Shown: piece after piece, positions 53,842 through 64,000 of the stretch | Layout: each line of letters opens with the position of its first letter | Position numbering within the stretch: position 1 is the first letter of the stretch | From: Octopus vulgaris | Lineage: Eukaryota | Direction: 5' to 3' | DNA length: 64,000 bases | NCBI GenBank assembly: GCA_951406725.2 | Contig: OX597831.1 | Span: 54,932,001 to 54,996,000 of the forward strand | Position numbers and translations under genes: made by a program | The notes under the pieces: model-generated | Databases searched by the model: none | Seen by the model: the letters and a program-made list of their open reading frames with translations, nothing else | What the model was told of the DNA's origin: nothing

Positions 53842-54694
53842 TTAAACTTAAATGTTGAAGTGAATCGAACGGCTTTTGTGTGTTTCTTAAATGGCTTACA
53901 AACACCTTCCACGCTGCAATTGCATTCAAGTACCATAAATGGTAAAATAATGAAACAGTATTTCAAAGTCATTTAATGACTCATAAGACGACTTTATAAT
54001 ACTGATTTCAAATTTTAGCACAAGGCCAGAAATTTCGGGGGAGAGAGTAAGTCAATTACAGTGACCCCAGTGTTCAACTGGTACTTATTTTATCAACCCT
54101 GAAAAGATGAAAGGCAAAGTTGACCTTGGCGGAATTTGAACTCAGAACACAGAGACAGATGAAATGCTGCTAAGCATTTTACCCGTTGTGCTAACAATTC
54201 TGCCATCTGACCACCTTACTGAGAAAATAACTTATTTATAATATTGATAGGGTATACAGTTATATGGAAGAATCCTGTTTTATTCAATATCTTACATGAA
54301 AACAATGAAAAGAAAAACAAAAGCAATTAGTAATATCTTGACGTTTTCCTGTGAGATTTTTTCACTGTGACTTTCTTTTCCTAGATTCTTTGAATCATGT
54401 CATGAACCTCAAAAGCCACTTCAACAAATCTTCATTTGTACATGTTTGACAAAAGATTGCTTCATAGGATGTGTCACATCATAAAAGACACACATAATAT
54501 ACATGAAAGTATTATGTCTGTTTATATACTTTAATCCAACTTTTATTTTATGTGGAAACAGGATATAACTCACATTTTAACAGGAGAGAATAATATAAAT
54601 AAATAAATATATATATAATTTTTAATCTTTGGATTTTTTTAAATATGCTAGGAAACTGGCTTTAATTGATTAATATTAATTTCTACCCTTTAAT

Positions 54695-54729
<35 letters not shown>

Positions 54730-54754
54730 TATGAACTCCAGGTCATATATATAT

Positions 54755-55186
54755 ATGACCTAAGGATTCACATGAGCAATGATGCAACATTTCATGTGTA
54801 TATTACCAAGATGGCAACACTGTGCAAGCAAGTGGCTGGCTGGATTCCGAGGACATTCAGAACCAGGAAAAGGGAAGCCCTGCTACTCCTATGGAAGACT
54901 TTCGTTCTCAGCTACTTCGACTGCTGCTCCCAACTATGGTCCCTAGAGAGTGTGAGACAAACTGTGGAACTCAAAGCAATCCAGCACCAATACACAAAGA
55001 AAATTGACTAAATGCAAAAGTTGGGCTACTGGGAGAGGCTAAAGGAGCGGAGTCTCTATTCCCTGGAGAGAAGATGAGAGAGATCTGTGGTGATATATAT
55101 TTGGAAGACCTTGGAGGGTTTAGCTCCCAATTTTGGAATTGACAGCTCTACCAATCCTCAAACTGGACAACACTGCATCATACCAA
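54755..55186 (+). mobile_element. CR1-like LINE ORF2 fragment
   Basis: GWIPRTFRTR..LLWKTFVLSYFDCCSQLWS...YWERLKE..LYSLERR. Confidence 0.82.
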
Positions 55187-55210
55187 TTTATATATATATA
55201 TATATAACTA

Positions 55211-55513
55211 AGTATTGAGGAGGTAGATTTATCTGAGTATAAATTCTTCAAGGCAGGACCCCAGTATGGCCACAGTGTAATGACTCAAACAAGTAAAAAG
55301 GTACACAAAACGTTTTAAAGAATGGAAAAGTTCAATAATGAAAACAGTGTCTGCTATGTATATCTGTCTTTTTAACTATTGTTCACTAAAATATTTTGAA
55401 CTGATGAACATAAACAAAGTCACAGAATAAATAAAAAATTGTCGTGATTTTAGTTGGGGAAAAAAAGTCAGTAAAATGAGATAAACATTCAAATACCATA
55501 AATGGTAAAATAA
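55211..55513 (+). repeat. ~300-bp local duplication that preserves the PLE empty site
   Basis: Matches 50393-50677 joined directly to 53935-53950. Confidence 0.9.
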
Positions 55514-56146
55514 AGATTTACCTTTGTCATAATGTAAAGAAATAAGAGAGAATATTCCATTCCAAATTAAATTGTATATTATGATCTTTTATATATCAGA
55601 TTAATTTACTAAGCCCAGTATTGTTATGTTTATTGATATGTAGAGTATGCCTAAATGTAGAGTAATGATTAGATATTCTTTTGGACAACCGAGATGAAGA
55701 ACTACCTATATAAAAAAAAACGTCAGAACCAGAAGTAATTTTACATTGATAAATAGAGTTTCTAGTCTTAGAATTACTGATAAGAAAACGAATGCGATTG
55801 GTGTTGACCTCATAAACAAAAACCCTGCTGTTAATATTTATTTAAAGAATGGTTAGTGTTAACAAAATTAATGTTGATATTTTCATTAAGTGGATTTCTA
55901 TTTAACAACTTATTATTATGCAAAGAGTTGATTTGTGAAAGATTTTTTGTATTAAAAAAAACCTATCCTAATTCAGTGATCACAACTGTCCAACAAACCA
56001 GAACATGAAACTCTGAGTAACAGTTTTTGTGATGTTTTGCAGCTTTGATAAAAAAGCCATTTTATTCTACCTTCAGTATTTGAGTACTATTTTTTCCACT
56101 TTGTTTTGCATTTATGTGCTTATTCATGTGTGTGTGTGTGTGTATG

Positions 56147-56208
<62 letters not shown>

Positions 56209-56860
56209 CTTTGAGCAGTATTCAGGCTAACTCCTACGGAGGACACCTTTGAGGCCTTTGGCCTCACTATCGGGCCGCTTCACAGCCCTCTACCCTTGTG
56301 TAATGAAACCTATTTCTGCAAATGTGCTAAGCACTGACATTGATCATTGTTTAATCAATAGGCGTAGGACCAGGGTAAAGGCATTAAAAATAGTGGGCGT
56401 CAGTGGAGTACCATTTAAGTGGCCCTTCAGAGACTGAACCTCTTTACAATATTCCTTGGGAGTTCATGGTATAAAATTCATTGTCATTGTTTCAATTTGG
56501 TTGCCAATGCCATGTATTTAGTTTAAAATGCAGTAAAAATAGGGAAATTAGACAGCCCTTAAAAAAACAGACCCCTTTAGGACATTCCCTGGGATTAAGG
56601 AAGTTGCTGGTTTGTGTTTCATTGTACTGCACCAACGGTCTAGGAGTAGTTAACGAACATAAAAACATAATGGACAGAGAAGCATCACTTAAATTTATAT
56701 TAAGAAGACATGGGACAAGGTGGTGAAGTATGATCTTCAAACTTTGAGCCTCACAGAGACAATGACTGGTAACCAAGACCTTTGGCAATATGCTGTGCTT
56801 GAAAGGACCCATCAAGCCAGGTGCACCTGTGTTGGTGGCATGTAAAGAACATCTTTTGAA

Positions 56861-57052
56861 TGTTGGGCCTCGTGGAGGCAAAGTGACTGAGTTCTTTTTG
56901 AGTGTTGGGCCTCACAGAGGCAAAATGGCTGAGTTCTTCATGAGCATTGGGCAACACGGAGGCACAGTGGCTGAGTTCCTTTTAAGTGTTGGGCCTCACA
57001 GAGGCAAAATGGATGAGTTCCTTTCGAGTGTTGGATCTCACAGAGGCAATGA
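56861..57052 (+). repeat. 42-bp tandem repeat, ~4.5 copies, within a family-C retroposon
   Basis: tgttgggcctcacagaggcaaaatggctgagttc...ag units. Confidence 0.8.
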
Positions 57053-58831
57053 CCAAGATCTTTGGCATGCTTGAGAAGAAGACCCACCAAGCCAAGCAAA
57101 ATTGCAGTTGTGACAGATATTGGTGTCACACAAATTGGCACCCATGCTGGTAGCATGTAAATGTACCTTGGTGTCACGCAAATGGTACCTGTGCCAGTGG
57201 CATGTGAAAGCACTCAGTACACTCTCAGAGTGGTTGACATTAGGAAGGGCATCCAGCTGCAGAAAACCATGCCAAATCAGACTGGAGTCTGGGGCAGCCT
57301 TCCAGCATGCCAGCCCAGTCAAACCATTCAGCCCATGCCAGTTGGACAACAGACATTAAATGATGATGATATACATATACACACATACACATATATGTGG
57401 GTGTGTGTGTACATACATATGAATATATGCATACATACACACGTTTTACCCTCTCCACACCACTTTGACAGCATTGGGCTCCACTCCCAGTTTGGATTTA
57501 CAAAATTCACTTAATAAACTATTCAGAAAGAAAAGAATAAAGAATGAAAAACTAAATCATGCCGTCTGCCTTTCAGATTGTCACATAACATTTCTCTATT
57601 TACCTCATTTTCAAAGTGCAATGGTTATTAAAGAAAATGAAAATTCATACGGCTATGTTTACCATAGTTGAAATCCTAGTTGAGCAACTCATGGTCTTTG
57701 AAATGATCTTTTATATTATGGGTGGATATATTTGTGCAATATTTTTAATGATGTCATAATTTGCTCTCTTTCCAGTAGTTTGAGAACATTTCAACTGAGC
57801 AGTTATTTTATACAGTTGCTATTCATTGTTTGAGGCTATAAGAGGCTTGCACTTACAATATCTTTTTATGTATTCCAATTGAAAGAAGCAAAACTTCATT
57901 TCTACCCAATGAAGGCCAACTACAAAATCCAAAGAAAAATAAGGTTTATAAGGAATAACCATTAGCCATTGCTATGCTGCCAGGTAATGACCTAATCAAG
58001 ATAAAATGTATCCTTCAGTAGAAGCCAACAGCAAGGATCATGCTGATATGCATAGCAAATTGAAACAAATTTTAATTCTATCTTTCAGACATACACACAC
58101 ACTCTCTCTCTCTCTCTCCCTTTCTATATATATATTTATATATTCCAACCCATGCTAGCATGGAAAGCGGACGTTAAACGATCACTGTATTTCCCTCTCG
58201 ACAACAACAACCACCTGTTATTATAGCGAAAGTCATTTTTTTAATGTCTGTGTTGCGTTGTCTTCATGTTGAAACACACACACGCACGCACACACACACA
58301 CACACACGCATGCACAGAGAAACACAAACAACCCCCAAAATAACTATATGTATTATATATATATATATATATACACACACATTTAGTTATTTGTTTCAAG
58401 TCTGTGCCACACTAAGTTGACAGGCTTGCACTTAAAATTCCCACATTTTTAATCAAAACTTATTAGTTACTATGGTGACAATACTACCTACCTATCTATC
58501 TCTCTTCTATACATGCATACACACACACACATACACACACTCTCACTCACTCGCTCACTCACAGTATTTCACTCTCAACATTGTGCTAACAATGAAACAG
58601 AAAATACATAATAAATTCTTTTCTTCTGAACTTGTTTTAAATGTTTTTGGAAGTCAGCATCAATGTAAAATAAAATGCAAAAGACATGGGCATAGATGTG
58701 TGGTTAAGAATCTTGGTTTGCAAACAAGTGGTTTCGGGTTCAGTCTCACAGTGCAGCCCCTTTAGAAAGTGTCTTGGCTGACCAATGTCTTACGAGGGAA
58801 TTTAGTAGATGGAAACTGTATGGAAGTCCAT

Positions 58832-58879
<48 letters not shown>

Positions 58880-59262
58880 CATGTGAGTCTTTGAGTGTCC
58901 CCCACCCCACTACCTGACAACCAGTGGTGCTTTGTTTACATCCCAGTAACTTAGCAGTTTGGCAAAAGTAACCAATAGAATAAGTACCAGACTTTAAAAA
59001 GAAAGATCCAATGTTAATTTGTTTGATTAAACTCATCAAGGCAGTGCTCCAGCATAGCCAGAGTCCTATGGCTAAAACAAATGAAAGATATGAGATAACT
59101 AAAGTAAATGATTTATGTTTTATAACACTGCAGAATGGCAAATTCAGAATTATCTCTGAGGTTTCTCTGCTGTAATTCTCTCATCTGATTCAATTCTAGG
59201 ATTCTAATAGAAGTTTTTCAAAGTTAACTTGCAACTACATCATTTGTTGATCAGCTTTTTAA

Positions 59263-59482
59263 CCCTGTAGCATTTAAACCGGTTTTATATGGCCCAAATA
59301 TTCTAGCTGCTTTATGTTCAAACCAGTCAGATCCAGCTTCTAAATCCTATCCTACAGTGTCATCCTCAAGATAAACAATCACAACATCAAATTCTCAAAG
59401 CTACAAGATAATACATGATCAATTCAAAACAATGTGAATAAGTAAGCATTACATTTGACAGAATAATGTGAATGCTAAAGGG
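59263..59482. mobile_element. piggyBac-like MITE
   Basis: TTAA|ccctgtagcatt...aatgctaaaggg|TTCA; a related internal fragment lies at ~44400-44510. Confidence 0.6.
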
Positions 59483-59718
59483 TTCAGGTCATCTAAGTCA
59501 ACACAGCTATGGCAGTAAATATACTAAAACATAGGGTGAATTCAAACTAACATATTAAATGTTTTAGTAGCCGAAATGAATTTCTAATTAGTAGAAATTA
59601 CATGCAAAACAGCAAAAATATAATCATTAGCCTTAATGATATTTCTAATCAGAGAAGGCATCAGAGAGAAGTTTGAAGTTTAAATTTAATTAAAATTCAG
59701 TTGAGACAACCAGTAATG

Positions 59719-61163
59719 TTGGACTGGGCAATGTGCTGTGTTCTTGAGCAAAACATTTCATTTCACATTGCTCCAGTCCACTGAGTTGGAAAAAATGAGT
59801 AATCCTGCAATAGATCAATGTCCAGTCCAATGGGGAATATTCACACTACAGAATCTGAGAAACCAGCCTTGTGAACTTATGGCTCAGGAAGAACCTCTGA
59901 TCTTTTTTTTTTGTCCTCTATCACTATACCTACAGTACCCTGCATTATTCTATCCAGAGTACCCTGTGTCCCTATCCTTACAATACTAAATGTTACTACA
60001 CCTATAGTACATGGTGTCATGTACTATAATTTAATCTTTAACAAGTACAGCGACCGCTGTAGACATATTTTAGACTTATTAGGCCTCCATAGTGACATGT
60101 AATTTAACATGTACCAACCAGATCACAAAACAGAGAGAATATAGCCACCTTCTCTTTTTTCCTGTTTTTGCAAAGATTAAGCTATTGATTAGGCAAATTC
60201 AAATAATTGGATATTTCTAAGGTGTCAAGCTGGCAGAATTGTTAGCACACCATGGAAAATACTCAGCAGCATTTCATCCATTTTTATGCTCTGAGTTCAA
60301 ATTCTGCTGAGGTCGACTTCGCCTCTTATCCTTTTGGGATCGAATAAAATAAATACCAGCTGAGCGCTGGGGTCAATGTAATTGACATAACCCCTCTTCC
60401 AACATTGCTGGCCTTGTGCCAATGTTTAAAATCAATATCTGTATATTTCTAAGAGATGTCTTTTACATGAAAAACATATAGTTACATGTGAGCTAACATT
60501 GTTTAGCAAACCAAAGTATCTGGATGATATAATAGTTCTTGTTCCACCCATACCACCCCAGTATAATGTTTTAACATTAGAAAACTTCAGTATACACAAT
60601 GTTGGTGCCACTAGAGCTACAACACCCTAAGTAGTTCATGACAGAGCTACATTTGAGTGTTACTCTACTAACTGTACTTTGTGTCACAAAACATATATTA
60701 TACCTACAGTACCCAGTGATATTATACCTATATTACCCTATGACACTACCTACAGTACCCTGTGTTACTAAATCACAGTACCCTATGTCATTATACCTAC
60801 AGTACCTTGTATCAGTGGATGTGCAGGTGGTTAGGGTGTTGTACTCTTGGTGGTAAGATTCTTGGATTGGGCAATGTGATGAGTTCTTGAGCAAAACATT
60901 TCATTTCACATTGCTCCAGTCCACTGAGTTGGAAAAAATGAGTAATCCTGCAATAGATCAATGTCCAGTCCAATGGGGAATACTCACACCACAGAATCTG
61001 AGAAACCAGCCTTATGAAATTATGGCTCAGGAAGAACCTCAGATCTTTTTTTTTTTTATCTGTATCACTATACCTACAGTACCCTGCATCATTCTATCCA
61101 GAGTACCCTGTGTCCCTATCCTTGCAATACTAAATGTTACTACACCTATAGCACATGGTGTCA
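59719..61163 (+). repeat. ~300-bp direct duplication (59719-60019 / 60862-61163) with ~25-bp tandem units
   Basis: Near-identical SINE fragment plus flank; repeated tgtcattatacctacagtaccc units. Confidence 0.85.
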
Positions 61164-62143
61164 CTCCATTTATATTACCCCTATGTCTCTACTCAGTGTC
61201 ATTATACCTACAGTACCCTGTGTCATTATATCTACTGTATCCTGTGACACTACACCTGCAGTACACTGTGTCATTCTTGACAAAATTATATATAAGTGTC
61301 CTACGTGAGAAATAGCAAACCAACATATGTTCAAGGTTAAAGTTAAACATAAGCGAGATAAGAATACATACGCAATATTATCTTTTTCAAACTTGATTTA
61401 ATCAGGAGATAAAAATGGTGTTGACGACCTTAACAAGACCTCTCATACTGATGAGACTGATATGATTGATGCTCATTTTGAACATTTTAAAGTCAACATC
61501 TGCAGAAAAACCATGAGCAGAAAGAACTGAAGTCATGGGAAGGAACAAACGAGAAATTAGTGCAGGGGCCTAGAAAGATAAAACGCAGTGTGTTGAGGAC
61601 ATGAGAAGAGTGCTAGGTTTGTCAGATAGCCCTGCATGGAAACATAAAAGGAAAAGCCAAAAGGCTGGTATTGCGTTTTCTTCTCATACTGTTCAGTTGA
61701 CACTTGTAAGTTTTGACTCTTTCCTATTGGTCTTCAATTCTGTGTGTATAGGTGCATGGCTGTATGATAATAAGTTTACTTCACAACCAAATGGTTTTGG
61801 GTTCAGTCCCACTGTATGGCATATAAGCCAAGTGTCTTATACTATAGCCCAAAGTCAACCAAAGCCTTGTGAATGGATTTGGTCGACAGAAACTGAAAAA
61901 GAAACTTATATATATATATATGGAGGCAGTGAGCTGGCAGAATCATTAGCATGCCAAGCAAGATGCTTAGTGCCATTCTGTCTGTCCTTATGTTCTGAGT
62001 TCAAACTCAGCTGAGATAAACTTTGCCTTTTATTCTTTCGGGATTGATAAAATAAGTACCAGTTGAGCACTGGGGTTGTTGTGATTGATTTACCTCCCTC
62101 CCCTAAAATCACTGACTTTGTGTAAAAATTTGAAACAATATGT

Positions 62144-62179
<36 letters not shown>

Positions 62180-62770
62180 ATGCATGTATGTATGTTTGTG
62201 TGAGCATGTGTAGTGTGAACGTGTGTCACTGTCATACAAGCAATGTTATTCCTTTCCAATATCCTGCAAGAACATGTCTTGTCATGGAGAAATATTACTT
62301 GAAACAAGTATACAAGTAAAAAATAAAAAGAGAAAATAAAAAATAGAAATATCAATATAAAAAATAATAAAAGAATACAAAAAGTAAATACAACAGCAGG
62401 TGTGAAAAAAGAAGAAAAGAGAAGGAAAAAGGAAAAGGTGGAAAAGAAAGCAAAAAAGAGCATGAAGAAGAGCAAGAGGAAGGTAAGGAATAAGAAGAAG
62501 AAGACAAAATGTAGTTGAAAATGGTAGGGAGAAGAGATTAGTCTATCAGGAATAAAGAATAAAGAAATAGGATACTTTAGGAGTGGTCAAAACATGTTGA
62601 GTTCTTGTTAAAAGATGACCTTTGTGAATCCTCCAATCTGAGGTCACCTTATTCATCCTTCACATCTGGCACAGTGTGCCTCCACCTAATCACAAATTAT
62701 CCCCACAAAAGCCATTTCTACTTACTTTTTCAAATATATTATAGTGTACCAAGAACTTTTTTTATTATTC

Positions 62771-62805
<35 letters not shown>

Positions 62806-64000
62806 GGAGTAAACACATAAATGTAAAACAAGGTGGAAAAAAGAGTACTCAAATACCAAGGGTAGAGTAATATGCTTTATTTAAAAGCTGCAGAAATACA
62901 CCTGCACCTATATTTTACTTATTATATTTTATCATTTTATATTTTACTTGCTTTTTTACAGCATTTCCAGATTTCTCACATGCTTTTATTCATACCAACC
63001 AAATTTTATAAAAATAGTGCTACTTATCAAAGATAACAGCTGCAATGAGATCATGTATAAATAATGAATAAATAAATATACAACGAACTAAAAATTGTTA
63101 AGCATCAAACCCATCAAGAATTCTATGACGCTGGTGAATCTATTTTTGTCTATCAAATACCATTAAACACGAAACCAAAGAAGTTAATGGTCTTTAGTTG
63201 TGAAAAGTTTCAGCAGGATAAAGTATTTCTGTCCTCTATTATTTACCTAAAACTATTGTTAATTATACTCAGGTAACAGCAGAAGCATTTGACATAGGGT
63301 TATGAAACAAACTTCTTAACCATGAAGCCATGCCTGAATTCAAAACTGAGCAACTACAAAATGAATAGTGATGACAAGTATTCATTTATCCTTTTACTTG
63401 TTTCAGTCATTTGACTGCATCCACGCTAGAGCATTGCCTTCAAGGGTTTTTTAGTCAAAGTAATTAACCCCAGGACTTATTCTTTGTAATCCAAGTATTT
63501 ATTCTATCAGTCTCTTTTGCCGAACTGCTATCTTAAAGAGACATAAACAAACCAACATCAGTTGTCAAGTGATGATTGGGGGGGGGAACAAAATAACACA
63601 GATGCATGCATATATACTTACATATATATACATATATCTATTATATAAATTGGACATGGCTGATTGTTGTATTCTTTCTTGTCTTAAGTTTCATAGCCAA
63701 ACAGCTGGGTGGATTCACGTGAAAAATAGCACACAGGTGGAGACAGGTGCATACACTGTGCTGCAGTTTCTATTTTTCTCCTAGCCCCCATAGTTACCGA
63801 GAAAATTGATTAAAACTTTTCTAACGGAATTCCCCTGTTTGTTCCACTCACACAGCCAGCATATACCATTTCACTAGCAACAAGGGGGGTACAGGATGAC
63901 AGTCAGCCAAAACTTTCACTATGCTGTTTCTCTTCTTTCCCCTCTTTGTGGGGTTAATAATCTTAATCTTTAGTTAGTTTCTCATTCAAACTACATAACA

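Larger units (their letters stand above)
50678..53922 (-). mobile_element. 5'-truncated Penelope-like retroelement (Neptune-like) with a ~1.2-kb inverted duplication of its 3' end
   Basis: 12-bp TSD cattcaagtacc (50666-50677 / 53923-53934); arms 50733-51960 and 52720-53922; minus-strand ORF remnant 51842-52719 VMFVDATP...GLKIKVVEKTG...C..C...KGTVY*IKC...YIGETSRS..RFKEH...LNRKSEW (GIY-YIG endonuclease; one frameshift, one stop). Confidence 0.9.

Noticed and set aside
56861-57052. Regularly spaced repeats resembling a CRISPR array or repeat protein
   Set aside because: Contiguous tandem units with no unique spacers, inside a eukaryotic retroposon.
49064-64000. First coding exon of SQOR (targeting peptide plus GGGxGG)
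   Set aside because: No matching minus-strand segment found by eye; probably beyond the window.

Overview
AT-rich, microsatellite- and SINE-dense eukaryotic DNA. The repeat families look like those of octopus (inferred, not searched). Most of the window (20415-49063, minus strand) is a spliced sulfide:quinone oxidoreductase gene (SQOR/SQRDL). Nine GT-AG coding exons join in frame to 375 aa plus stop and include both catalytic cysteines; I could not find the first coding exon in the window. A convergent plus-strand terminal exon (3005-3342) encodes a Thr-rich linker and a Cys/Trp module of the kind seen on invertebrate chitin-acting enzymes. The rest is mobile DNA: two Penelope-like elements (PLEs), a Tx1/L1-like LINE relic, CR1 and RTE fragments, a full-length decayed mariner, MITEs, two solo LTRs and many SINEs. 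The most notable observation is a set of hammerhead ribozyme (HHR) motifs from about five unrelated repeats. Two sit in long, near-perfect fold-back insertions in SQOR intronic sequence, where each sense copy is preceded by its own antisense copy, and one has a swapped G3-C8 catalytic core. All ribozyme calls are by eye and activity is untested.
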